A stretch of DNA of 64,000 nucleotides from Nostoc sp. ATCC 43529 (GTDB taxonomy: Bacteria; Cyanobacteriota; Cyanobacteriia; Cyanobacteriales; Nostocaceae): contig LWTK01000058.1 in the NCBI GenBank assembly GCA_003326205.1, positions 2,476 through 66,475 on the forward strand, read 5' to 3'. Position numbers and translations under genes: made by a program. The notes under the pieces were generated by a model. The model was not told the DNA's origin. It was given only the letters and a program-made list of their open reading frames with translations, and did not search any database. This document shows positions 11,101-20,285 of this stretch, in pieces. The first letter of the stretch is position 1. Every line of letters starts with the position of its first letter.

Positions 11101-11259
11101 TGCTGTCTCAATTTCGACTTGGGGAGGTGCAAAGGCTGGAAAAACATCCAGCGGCATTTTGGGAATGGTATTAAAGATGATGACTAATGTGGAAATGAGC
11201 GCAGCAATTACTATAAGCCAGCGTCGAGAAATTACCCATCTAGCAACTGTACTAATCAT
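8104..11259 (-). CDS. Heavy-metal efflux RND permease (CzcA/CusA family)
   Basis: 1051 aa; MPLDVFPAFAPPQV, GTAIDDAIV, ERLNAILMT, GGLFTST. Confidence 0.9.
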   Translation of the reverse strand: MISTVARWVISRRWLIVIAALISTLVIIFNTIPKMPLDVFPAFAPPQVEIETAAPGLAPEEIESLVTLPIESAINGTPGLTTVRSSSSAGLSVVRVVFGWGTDIFQARQLIQERLQQAVSKLPEGVETPRIAPTSSPIGTVLKYALTVEGEGNNQSATKIDLMEVRRIVDWQVTNRLLAVPGVSQVLVYGGDVRQYQVLVDLNKLQAFNVSLQQVSEAVQAANVNAPGGFLTTPDKQTLIRGIGRIESLDDLQQSVIVARQGTPVRLGDVAQVQIGGAVKIGDGSLNGKDAVVVMVNKQPLADTPTVTRAIEAAISELKAGLPKEIKVNQTFRQADYIDTSVENVRSALVEGSIIAAVILIPFLMNWRTLGVVLLNFALTFIFSLQVLSFLGLGLNTMTLGGLAIAIGTAIDDAIVYAENVFRLLRQNKYSPNPSPVLEIVFEGVQEVQESLIGATLITIVVFSPIFALAGVEGRIFGPMGLSYLVVVVVSSLEALLVSPALCAILLPHNKMSVREPFVPRVCKRIYYLFLDFAIRNSVIVITVAAAGMIAAIIIFPTLGRAFLPEFQETTLVNTLALYPGTSLEATNSAAFALEDKLKDDPRLKYIQLRAGRAPNDPDAAPVNLAHLDIGLSDKGMKNRGATVEWLREEFNKIPGAASNIGGFIAHRIDEILSGVRSQIAVKIFGSDLEELRKLGKQVEDAIKSIPGIVDLQLEPQIPIEQIQIKFDRVAASRYGLTIGQLSNIIETALNGRVVSQVLEKQQSFDLVVWLQPQYRKNLQTIENLLVDTPDGNKIPLAKVATVAYGTGPNTINRENVSRLIVVSANAKGRDLRSVVTDIQNKVKAQVQLPSGYFIQYGGQFEAEERASQNILVFGAISFVVITVLMYLSVKSIASTAMIMINLPIALVGGVIAVAFTGGVVSVASLVGFVTLFGVATRNGLLLVDNYTTKVALGMSLKEVLIAGSMERLNAILMTSLTSALGLVPLIISVGPGKEILQPLSIVVLGGLFTSTALTLLVLPALYSKFGRFLLPKRSAAVVENGKVVGSVLEN

Positions 11260-11546
11260 TTGGTTTTTGGTTAAGAAATGACGAAAGGTTTATTTATTCG
11301 TGATAAACGAGTAAGTAAATTTAAATATTAGGTGTGGCTGTTGCTAGCATTAAGCCCCAAATCAGCCCAAAGCGAACTATTCCTAAATAGGATATGAACA
11401 AACTACATTCTTATACTCTTTACGTCTGGAGCGTGAGATTTATAAACTGTCTGTTCACAATCTAAATAGTCTTGCTGTAGGTTGGTTTGATGTTAGAAAA
11501 TTTAACAGAACCAAACTTCAGGTATTATCTGCAACTTCGCTAATCA

Positions 11547-13244
11547 CTAACCACCATCTGAATGTCGAGGACGATCATGCTCCTCAAGATTTTTATCAGA
11601 AGTAGACAGGGTTGGTTGCTTGTGGTTGTCGAGATAAACCTCTGTTTCATAATTGAACCCGTCGTACTCTAAATTACCTGCTGGTACTAAACGGGTACGA
11701 CGATTAGACCAGAAAGCACCTCCCATGAAAGCAGCTACTACAAGTGCTACTCCTCCACCTGCTGTTAACCACAAAGGTAGTGGGAAACTGTTAGTTTTAA
11801 CTTCAGTTTCTTCTGCATGAGAACCACTTTCTTCGTTGTGTTCTTCTTCTGGTTTACTATCACCCCGCAATGATTGAGCGTAAAGTTGGGGTGCACGTTG
11901 GGTGACGATCGCATCTCCCTCAAACAAACCCGTCTTCACTTCAACCATGTCCCCAGAGGTTTGACCCAAGGTCACTTCCGCAGATTGGAAAGCATTCCCA
12001 TTTTGGACGTAGACCATTTTTTTCCCATTCGCATCGACTACAGCCGAGCTAGGAACCGCCAAAATAGGTGCGGATGATTGGTTTGTTAGTACCTCCAATT
12101 CCGCAAACATTCCAGGTTTGAGTTGTCCGCCTGGGTTATTTACTTCAGCTTGTACTGAGACAACCCGTGTTTCCCCTTGTACTACCGCACCAATCTGTGT
12201 AATCTTTCCAGAAAAGGTACGGTCTGGTAAGCTAGCAACTTTTAGACTTACTCTTTGACCTACTTTTACTTTGTCTAAATCTTTTTCATAAATATTGGCT
12301 GTGGCAAAAACCCGACTATCATTGACAATAGTCATGAGTGTGCCACCTGCATCATTAAAAGTTTGACCAAGGGTAACTTGGCGATCGGCAACTTTACCGG
12401 AGATGGGAGCAGTCACTGTTACCAATCCTTTGGCATTGGGACGGTTCCCTATTTGTTGTAGTCTAGTATTATAAGCAGAATCACTAAGACGTAAACGCTC
12501 TTGTGCTACTTGAACAGCAGACTGAGCGCGTTTCATTTGGGCTTCGCTTTCAATGATATCTCGTCTGCTGTTAGCTGAGGTGAGTTTGGCTTTTGCTTCC
12601 GCTAATTGTGTTTGAGATTCGAGCGCGTTGCGACGTGGTAAAGCGCCTTCATTAGCTAACTGTAAATCCTTATTATATTTTTCTTCAGCAAACGCTACCT
12701 GGCTTTGTGCTTGGGCAATGTCGGCGTTAGATATTTGTAAATACCTTTGATAATTTTGTTGAGCTAATCTGGAATCGGCTTGCGCTTGCTGCAAAGAAGC
12801 TATAGCTTCCGCTCGTTTTTCTTGGGAACTAACCCGTAACTCCACCAAGTCAGGACTGGTAACAACGGCAAGGGGTTGACCTTTTTTGACTACAGCACCG
12901 GGTTCCACCAACAATTCAACCACTTTTGCCCCTGTAATTGGGGTATTCACTTCCACTTTTTGGCTAGGTAAGGTTTCAATTTGTCCAGTACTTTTAATAC
13001 CCAAAGCCAGCTGTTGCCGTTTCACTGGTTCGACTTTAATTCCTAGCCTCTGGGCGGTTTCGGCATCAACTTCGACAGAACCACTTGCTTCGCTTCCACC
13101 ACCCTGAAATGAACTTCCACCGGTATGATCGTGTCCAGCACCAGCTAATACAGCCGTGGGAGTTGTCAGTAATAAAAGGCTCAGGAGTGTGCCGGAAACA
13201 CAACGAATTACTGTAGGTGGTTGGAGACTGTTAGAGATTCCCAT
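11547..13244 (-). CDS. RND periplasmic adaptor (CzcB/CusB-like membrane fusion protein)
   Basis: Signal/anchor followed by GAGHDH, a coiled-coil hairpin, VTAPISG and LKPGMFA. It is directly upstream of the permease. Confidence 0.87.
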   Translation of the reverse strand: MGISNSLQPPTVIRCVSGTLLSLLLLTTPTAVLAGAGHDHTGGSSFQGGGSEASGSVEVDAETAQRLGIKVEPVKRQQLALGIKSTGQIETLPSQKVEVNTPITGAKVVELLVEPGAVVKKGQPLAVVTSPDLVELRVSSQEKRAEAIASLQQAQADSRLAQQNYQRYLQISNADIAQAQSQVAFAEEKYNKDLQLANEGALPRRNALESQTQLAEAKAKLTSANSRRDIIESEAQMKRAQSAVQVAQERLRLSDSAYNTRLQQIGNRPNAKGLVTVTAPISGKVADRQVTLGQTFNDAGGTLMTIVNDSRVFATANIYEKDLDKVKVGQRVSLKVASLPDRTFSGKITQIGAVVQGETRVVSVQAEVNNPGGQLKPGMFAELEVLTNQSSAPILAVPSSAVVDANGKKMVYVQNGNAFQSAEVTLGQTSGDMVEVKTGLFEGDAIVTQRAPQLYAQSLRGDSKPEEEHNEESGSHAEETEVKTNSFPLPLWLTAGGGVALVVAAFMGGAFWSNRRTRLVPAGNLEYDGFNYETEVYLDNHKQPTLSTSDKNLEEHDRPRHSDGG

Positions 13245-13640
13245 CGCTATTTTGTGTCCTTGAGTTACTATGGTCTGGATTTGTGCTTAGACGTTGGTTG
13301 ACTTTTTAAGCGGGATTTCGAGAACTGCTTTTGGCAAGCAAGCGGTTTCACTCTTGTAATTTGTTCACGAAGCCAACTTAACCACTTAACTTAATAGTTT
13401 TTCACATAGATATGAAATTGGGATGAAATTAGGACAAGAGATTAGCAATGAAGCTCACCCACTAACTTGCAATGCTAATCCAGAAATATCCCCAACAACC
13501 ACTCCACCAAGTATTTCTGTCACCAAACCACGAGCCGAAAAACTCCTGAAGCGATCGCAATACCCATCAACACTGGAAAAGCAACGAGAAATACGACAAA
13601 AAACGCTATTATATCTTTGCTCAAAGAGCATTTGTAGTAT

Positions 13641-13896
13641 TTAATACTTTAAATTACCTCTTAGGATTTCTCGTAAATCTACTTCTACAGGATGCCCAAA
13701 CCCCTTAGGTGTAGGTAGAAGAGGCTTGAGAATTAACCATTCAGCATCGCTTAAATCGCTTGGGTAGGGTTTGCGATACGGATTCTCAATTGTAGGTAGA
13801 CGGCTCATCGACAACAACATAACTACACTCGATTTAGCCTATAACCTTAGTCAAGGCAGATTTAGTTCTCTTTAGATTTTGTTTACGAATCAGCTC
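13641..13896 (-). mobile_element. Truncated IS5-family element (one end plus 55 codons of transposase, 13808->13641)
   Basis: The minus strand reads MSRLPTIENPYRKPYPSDLSDAEWLILKPLLPTPKGFGHPVEVDLREIL and then loses homology. YPSDLSDAEW is the IS5 transposase N-terminal signature. The element appears to start with GAG right after the TAA of the acetyltransferase. Confidence 0.75.
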
Positions 13897-14541
13897 TTAT
13901 AACTCGATTTTTCTTATTACTTTAGCCGGGACACCGTATGCCAGGACACCATCAACTAGATCATTGACGACAACCGCACCAGCTCCAATCAGCGTATTTC
14001 TACCTATCCGCACATTGTTTATGACTGTCGCTCCAATTCCTACCCAAGTTCCACTTCCCACAGTTACTCTTCCTCCTAAATGAACACCTGGGGAAATATG
14101 AACTCCATCTTCTATTACGCACTCATGGTCAACACTCGCACAACTATTAATAATCACATTTTGACCAATCTTTGCTTGAGAATTAACTATTGCTCCTGCT
14201 GCTATGACGGCTCCCGCTCCTATAGATACATCAGCAGCAATTGTTGCTTTTGGATGGATAGCATTTGCTAAAGTAAAACCTTTTATCTCAACTAATTGAG
14301 ATAAATTTAATCGTGCCTGACAATTACCAAATCCAAAAATTATGTACTTAATGCTTTTATTATAAATATCTAATTGTTCCTGTCCCCCAAGAATTGGCGC
14401 TCCGCAAAATTTTTCGCCACGACGCTGTGGATTCAGATCGTCAATAAAGCCGACAATTTCATAGTTTTCTTGTAATCGGATTATATCTGCCACTACTAAG
14501 GCATGTCCCGAAGCACCCCATACCAACAATTTTGGAAGCAT
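13897..14541 (-). CDS. Hexapeptide-repeat acetyltransferase (NeuD/PglD-like)
   Basis: N-terminal LLVWGASGHA Rossmann-like motif, repeated [IV]GxxxxIGxxAVV hexapeptides, GVPAKVI C-terminus. Confidence 0.85.
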   Translation of the reverse strand: MLPKLLVWGASGHALVVADIIRLQENYEIVGFIDDLNPQRRGEKFCGAPILGGQEQLDIYNKSIKYIIFGFGNCQARLNLSQLVEIKGFTLANAIHPKATIAADVSIGAGAVIAAGAIVNSQAKIGQNVIINSCASVDHECVIEDGVHISPGVHLGGRVTVGSGTWVGIGATVINNVRIGRNTLIGAGAVVVNDLVDGVLAYGVPAKVIRKIEL

Positions 14542-14718
14542 AAAGGTTTATCTAAATAGTTAAGTCTCTTGTCTGTGGAAAACTGTAAATTAGAAATAGG
14601 GAGCGATCGCACCTACGCAAACATCTATAACCCATACACCATAGTAGTTTGTCTAGTGCGATCGCTCCTGTATTTGGAATTTCATCATTCAATTCGGCAA
14701 CGCCATTTTTGCACTGAA

Positions 14719-16044
14719 TTATTGACGTTGCAGTGCGAAAATAAGTACCAGAATTTCACTCACAATTCCCGCAATCATTCCATAGGCTGCTGAAGTAGCT
14801 CCACTATGTCCAGTGAAAATGAGACTTCCACATACTATCAAGGTGAGGGCAGCCGCAATTAACGTTGCCAGATTAATGAACCAGTTCTTTGCGCGGTGAA
14901 TCAAAAGCCCTTGAAATGTATTTTGGAGTGCAAGGAGGAGGGGTAAACACGAAAGCACTTGTATGACTGGAATTGCTGCTTCTACAAGAGATGGATTATC
15001 ACCAAAAAACTGGCGAAGCAGCGAGAATCCTTGGCTGGTAAACCCTAGAAAAAGTGGTATCGAGGTAAAACCCAAACCGACAAGAACTACGAAAGTAGCA
15101 AGTGTCTGCTTTGAAGTCTCTTCATAAGAGGAAATTACTACTTGCTGAACCATTCGTGTACCGTTGGCAATAGAAAGAACCAGTCCCCAGGCAGCAGGCC
15201 ATACAGCAAGAGCAAGACTACCATCGAATGAGCGAGCAACGAAACTCAAGAGTATTGCCCTCGCACCCCAGATTAGCAGCATTGTTGAGGCAAGGGGAAG
15301 ATAGTAAAATGTGACACCTTGAAAGGTTTTAGGAAGCTTCTTAATATCCTGGTGTGTCTGCTGGTCAAGAATAGTGGCAATACTAAGACGCGAACAGAAC
15401 CATGTGACTAGCATTGCTTCAATAAGTATTGCTCCCATCATAGTAATACCCGCAAGCACTGCCCCATCACTTTTAAGATTCACTCCTATTGCCAAGGCTA
15501 CAATTACCCAAGTAAATCGTGCAACACTTGCCCATCCTACAGGAACACTTTTTCGAGCGCGGATCAGAAGCCCTTGAAAGAATCGTCGCCAAGCAATGAC
15601 GAACGGCCACAGGAACATCAAAAGAAAGGGAGTTCTGCCTCGTGTGGCGATGAAAGAACTGACTCCAAATACATCAATAAGAAGCCAGTTATATAGAGGT
15701 TCCCAGGTGAGTACCAGAAAGATCCCACTGAGGGAGAGTCCTGCAATCATTGTAAACTGCCAAAGCGCCCGCCGAGACGCGTTATAATTCCCCAGTGCGG
15801 TTGAGGCATGAAGGATCATAATAATGGGGCTTTCCAGAAATACAGCAACTGCCTTGACGACACCTACTCCTGCTAAGGTTTCTTGAGGGAATGCAAGGCG
15901 ACTGAGTGCTGCTGTCTGAAGCGGATCGCCAAGAGTCATGGCTACATCGGACAGAGAAAGAGGGATAAATTGGGTGAGTAGCGTCAGGAGCGATCGCTCT
16001 TGAAGTGCGTTCTTACCTTCCTCAAGCTGGGGTGGGGTATTCAT
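14719..16044 (-). CDS. MATE-like (ANKH-related) multi-pass exporter
   Basis: 441 aa with ~12 hydrophobic segments in two halves; FIPLSLSD...FLESPIIMILHASTAL and WPFVIAWRRFFQGLLIR. Confidence 0.65.
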   Translation of the reverse strand: MNTPPQLEEGKNALQERSLLTLLTQFIPLSLSDVAMTLGDPLQTAALSRLAFPQETLAGVGVVKAVAVFLESPIIMILHASTALGNYNASRRALWQFTMIAGLSLSGIFLVLTWEPLYNWLLIDVFGVSSFIATRGRTPFLLMFLWPFVIAWRRFFQGLLIRARKSVPVGWASVARFTWVIVALAIGVNLKSDGAVLAGITMMGAILIEAMLVTWFCSRLSIATILDQQTHQDIKKLPKTFQGVTFYYLPLASTMLLIWGARAILLSFVARSFDGSLALAVWPAAWGLVLSIANGTRMVQQVVISSYEETSKQTLATFVVLVGLGFTSIPLFLGFTSQGFSLLRQFFGDNPSLVEAAIPVIQVLSCLPLLLALQNTFQGLLIHRAKNWFINLATLIAAALTLIVCGSLIFTGHSGATSAAYGMIAGIVSEILVLIFALQRQ

Positions 16045-16073
16045 GAAATTTTTTAATGCTATCCGATGAGATA

Positions 16074-17177
16074 CTAAAAATACACGGGACTCAGTGAGGC
16101 GATCGCCTGATCAAGATGCTCTCCTTCGATCAGTGCAAACCCATGATGGTCAAGCCAATTGGCATCATATACAGTTTCAAGATAGCGATCGCCTCTATCG
16201 GGGTTGATCATGAGAATACGTGCATCGGGGCCAAGCTCACGCGCCAGATGCAAACCACCAGCCACAATTGCCCCAGTTGACGCACCCAGAAGTAATCCCT
16301 CACGACGTGCAAGTGCATGGCACACCGAGTAGGCGATCGCTTCAGGCACTACATAAGCACGACTTAGGAGCGAGAGATCGAGATTAGGTGGAAAAAATGA
16401 TAACCCAATACCTGTCATCTTGTATGGTTTTGCTGGTGTTCCCATAATCACTGACCCCTCCACATCGACACCAACAACTTGCAGTCCAGGAAACCGGGGT
16501 AAAAGATAGCGGGCAATTCCCATTATCTGCCCCGCAGTGCTAACACCAACCACCACAGCATCGAGGTCAGAAGGAAAGTGAGCTTCAATCTCACGCGCCG
16601 TGTAGTATGAATGTGCCTCAAGATTTAGAGGATTTAAGTGCTGACACGGATACCAAGCATGAGGAATAGTTGCTGCAAGCTCTTTCGCCCGTTTCATTCG
16701 TGCCTTTTGCATCGAGCCTGATTCGTCTGCTTCGTGAAGAGGTACATCCACAAGTTCTGCACCGTATGCTGCAAGCATTCCCCGAAACGGTGGAGCAGTT
16801 TTTGCATCAACTACAATAATGACTCGATATCCTCGTGCCGCTCCCACCATTGCCAGCCCAACGCCAAAATTGCCTGAACTTGACTCGATAATCGTACCTC
16901 CAGGTGTAAGAAGTCCCTCTTCCTCCGCACGCGTAACGAGGTAAACCGCATTTTTCTCCTTAATTGATCCTCCAGGATTGCAGCTCTCAAGCTTTAATAA
17001 ACATTCTGATTCAAGACATACACGAGAGATGTTTCCCAGCCGTACAATCGGTACATTTCCCAGTGCTTGGGTAACATCTACAGAGCCAATCTTTTTGTAT
17101 CTATTACGATTGTTACATTCAGAGCTAGAAAAGTTCTTGAACGATGAAGATTGGGTGAGATAATTCATATTTAACAT
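16074..17177 (-). CDS. PLP-dependent cysteine-synthase-family enzyme, most like SbnA
   Basis: NPGGSIK (PLP lysine), IESSSGNFG, VDAK, VSTAGQIMG, VDVEGSVI, GASTG, PDRGDRYLETVY. Confidence 0.8.
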   Translation of the reverse strand: MLNMNYLTQSSSFKNFSSSECNNRNRYKKIGSVDVTQALGNVPIVRLGNISRVCLESECLLKLESCNPGGSIKEKNAVYLVTRAEEEGLLTPGGTIIESSSGNFGVGLAMVGAARGYRVIIVVDAKTAPPFRGMLAAYGAELVDVPLHEADESGSMQKARMKRAKELAATIPHAWYPCQHLNPLNLEAHSYYTAREIEAHFPSDLDAVVVGVSTAGQIMGIARYLLPRFPGLQVVGVDVEGSVIMGTPAKPYKMTGIGLSFFPPNLDLSLLSRAYVVPEAIAYSVCHALARREGLLLGASTGAIVAGGLHLARELGPDARILMINPDRGDRYLETVYDANWLDHHGFALIEGEHLDQAIASLSPVYF

Positions 17178-17792
17178 CTACTAAAAGAATGAGTAATTTG
17201 GCAAAATTACCGTAAGTACTGCTTCATGAACTCGCTCACTCAATAAGGCTTATTTTCTGTTATGCTTACAGCCTAATTTTAGTGAGATTGCAAATAAAGA
17301 GGATGTTGTGTATAGCTCTATTGCAATGTCTAATTACATCAGCCACCGTCGTTATTTGTAAATTGGCTTTTGTGCTGTAGCAAATGGTGTGTCAGAATGA
17401 CAAAATATCACTCTTAGGGAGGAATTTATGTTTAATAAAGTCATTCATTCAAGCCTATTACAAAAAATATAAGTTCTATTCATAGTTGAGTAGAACTTAT
17501 ATTTCTATGTTGAACGCTGACGATGAAAACAGGATGAAATTTTAAACAAAATCTTAATTTTTTTTCAAACAGCAGTAGTTATGATATGGTTTATACCGCT
17601 AAAAAACTGTTTAGTACCACTGCCACTTTCGATGTACAAAATTGTGAGGTGCAGACAGGTCATAGTCTAAACTCTATTTGGTACAGTGATTTGATACAAC
17701 ACAGCAAGGGTCTGAGACTCCTAAATTTTAGACGATTCAATTAGGGTGATAAAAATATTAAACCTGGGTCATTAAGTTCTTAATGTAACTTT

Positions 17793-18086
17793 CTACTCTA
17801 CTGCCCATTTCACTCTTTTTGCAAGTAACAATGATAAGGTTAGTGCCAGCATCCCCAGCGATGCAATTCCGAGATGAACCAAATGGTAAAAAGGCCACTG
17901 ATAACGAAGGTCAGCCCAGTTACTTGGAGCATTAACTGGAGTCCAGGTATCAATTTGCTGATTAATCGGTTGAATAAATAATGCCCAGATAAGCCACATC
18001 AGAATCATGCAAACTAACCCAACTAAGGTGAGCCAGAAAGACTTTCGCTGACGGCGAATCAAAATGGTCTGCATACGGGTTAGCAA
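17793..18086 (-). pseudogene. C-terminal fragment of a DUF1772/anthrone-oxygenase-like membrane protein
   Basis: IQPINQQIDTWTPVNAPSNWADLRYQW...HLVH resembles the DUF1772 C-terminal half. The N-terminal TM helices are absent. Confidence 0.55.
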
Positions 18087-18351
18087 TACTATTGCTTCTG
18101 CATCTACACCAGAGGTGAAACCAGCCCAAGCTCAACCAAATGAGGATAGAGTTGTAGAGTTTACCGCTCCCGAAGCCCAACTAGAGCAGGGTAGGGCTGT
18201 AGAGTTAGCCTATGCCCGTATCCAAGAGTTTCCTGAGTTAGAATTCACTCATGAAGAGAGTGAAACTTCCATAGCTTTATTTGGCTGCGATTGCCCACCC
18301 TGCTTAAATGCTCTACGTCAGATGCGGGGTTTGCCTGGTTTAGCAAGCTAG
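18064..18351 (+). CDS. Small acidic protein or C-terminal fragment ending in FGCDCPPCLNALRQMRG
   Basis: ORF track; CxCxxC motif near the C-terminus. The 5' end overlaps the DUF1772 relic, so it is probably 5'-truncated. Confidence 0.5.
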   Translation: MVCIRVSNTIASASTPEVKPAQAQPNEDRVVEFTAPEAQLEQGRAVELAYARIQEFPELEFTHEESETSIALFGCDCPPCLNALRQMRGLPGLAS

Positions 18352-18549
18352 TACATTGAAAGGGACAGCAATACTTAAATTTTAATTTTTTTGGCTTTGA
18401 GTTTAAGTTTTTGCACCATTAGCTGATTGAGTTGGAGCAGGCTGTTGAGTCAGTACAGTCCAAATAAAAAAAGTTTTATCCGATTAACTTACCAATTTCA
18501 TTTAATTTCTGCTCCAAGATTTCTTGTAAAGATTGAAGTTGTTCACGAC

Positions 18550-18654
18550 TATAGGACTCCTATTTGATTTTTGAACAACTAAACTCCTTAGAAGCTTGAG
18601 ATACAAAGCTTTCTTGCTCAGTATACTGAGCAAGATTCAAGTAGGATTCCTATA
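18550..18654. repeat. 105-bp MITE, copy 1
   Basis: Bounded by TATA at both ends. The termini ATAGGACTCCTA / TAGGATTCCTAT are inverted repeats. It has an internal perfect 22-bp palindrome CTTGCTCAGTATACTGAGCAAG and a second copy at 32279-32383. Confidence 0.8.
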
Positions 18655-19344
18655 GCATTAGCTAAAGTTATCTCAGATAATCCACTACTGATTTATTGAA
18701 TAATTACTTTTACTTCTTTCGATTCAGATTGTTCTGATGTTAAATACTTAGCTTTAATACCCTTAATTAAATTACGTGTCTCAGGTAGAGTTAAACTTTC
18801 TTAGAATAAGGGTTTACCCAAACTTTGAAAATATTGAAAATTAGTTTTTATAAAGTTATTGATTTTATTAACAAATATGTAGCCATCCGTATTTTAAGCA
18901 AACTGTATGAAATTTATTACTAATTTATATATCAACGAATGTTGGTTAAATATTGAATTTTTGTTGATTTGCTTTTTGAGATAGAGCTTACATAATAGAA
19001 CCAATCTATGTAAAAGAGAGTAGTCAGATTTCATTGAATAATGAGTATTTATTTGCTTCCTTATATAGCTAATTATCAGGGCAAGTATATGAGCATTTTA
19101 GAATTGATACAGATATTAAATTTTTTGCATAAGTATATTTATGATTATTTATTCTGGAAGTATTCATAGAATGATGTAGCCATTTTATGTGGTTTGCAGA
19201 TACCTATATAACCAATTAGTCTCATCGTTAAAGCTTGCTTATACTAAACGTATTTCAATTATTACAAATGATTTTTTATGAAAAATAAGGTTTAAAAGTT
19301 TCGATTTACATCAACAAAGTGTATTTGCGTTGTAGAGGATTGCT

Positions 19345-20262
19345 ATGTCTCAAAATAGAACCAATAAGGGTAATAAAGTCATGTCTGATGATAATACAAC
19401 CAATAGTAATAATAGTAAACCTCAAAAGCGGCTAATAATTGTCACAGGTGATAAAGGTGGCGTGGGAAAAAGCACCTTTGCACGGGCGCTGTTTCAACTG
19501 TACATTAATAAAAATTTACCTTGTGTTACTTATGAAGCTGACTTAAGAAATCCTCAGTTAGAAAGATATTTCAAAAAAGACTACCGACCAATAATACGTT
19601 ACATTGATATTTTCCATAGAGGTGGTGCTGACGATTTATTAATTAATTTAGATGAGAGTGATTGTCCTATTACGCTATTAGACTTACCAGCACAATCTGG
19701 AGGTTTCTTTGAAAGTTATGTCAAAGAACTTTCATTTTTTGAAGTGCTTAAAACCGATATTAATTGTCAAGTTACGATGGTTTCAGTGATTAGTAGGGTT
19801 CTTGATTCCATAAATGTTCTAGAAAAACTGCGTGAACTTTGTAAAGATCAAGTAGATTATATTGTCGTCAAGAACTTATTTCATGGTGAAGAAGAAAAAT
19901 TTGAGCGATATAATGACGCTTTTCTACGTCAAAATATGCTTGCAGAAGGTCTAGTAGAACTTGTGATGCCAGATTTATTCTACAAATCCTACGACTTTAT
20001 TGACCGCCATGCTCTGACATTTAATGAAGGTCAGACTCATAAAGGAACAAATATTGTGATTAAGTCGAGAATTAAATCTTGGCTTGCTGAGTTTGAAGCG
20101 CAAATCAAGCCAGCATTTAATTTATTTGGTTTTGATATACAACCAGATGATTGTTACTATCCAGCAGTTGTTGAAAAGTCTAAAGAGCTTAGAGAAAATG
20201 AAGAAAAAGAAAAAGCTAAAAATCAAGATTCAAATTTACAATCTGAAAATATAGCTGCTTAA
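19345..20262 (+). CDS. MinD/ParA-superfamily ATPase, TraL/MobD-like
   Basis: VTGDKGGVGKST deviant Walker A, YEADLRN, LLDLPAQ, YIVVKNLFHG. Confidence 0.7.
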   Translation: MSQNRTNKGNKVMSDDNTTNSNNSKPQKRLIIVTGDKGGVGKSTFARALFQLYINKNLPCVTYEADLRNPQLERYFKKDYRPIIRYIDIFHRGGADDLLINLDESDCPITLLDLPAQSGGFFESYVKELSFFEVLKTDINCQVTMVSVISRVLDSINVLEKLRELCKDQVDYIVVKNLFHGEEEKFERYNDAFLRQNMLAEGLVELVMPDLFYKSYDFIDRHALTFNEGQTHKGTNIVIKSRIKSWLAEFEAQIKPAFNLFGFDIQPDDCYYPAVVEKSKELRENEEKEKAKNQDSNLQSENIAA

Positions 20263-20285
20263 TTTAGTAGTTTGCTTAGTTTATT

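Noticed and set aside
8063-11281. Plus-strand ORFs 8063..8422, 9166..9435, 10016..10252 and 11039..11281
   Set aside because: They are shadow frames antisense to the RND permease.
13423-13644. 73-aa plus-strand ORF / hydrophobic minus-strand reading (GLVTEILGGVVVG)
   Set aside because: It may be the relic of a membrane-protein gene on the minus strand, but stops and frameshifts prevent any family call.
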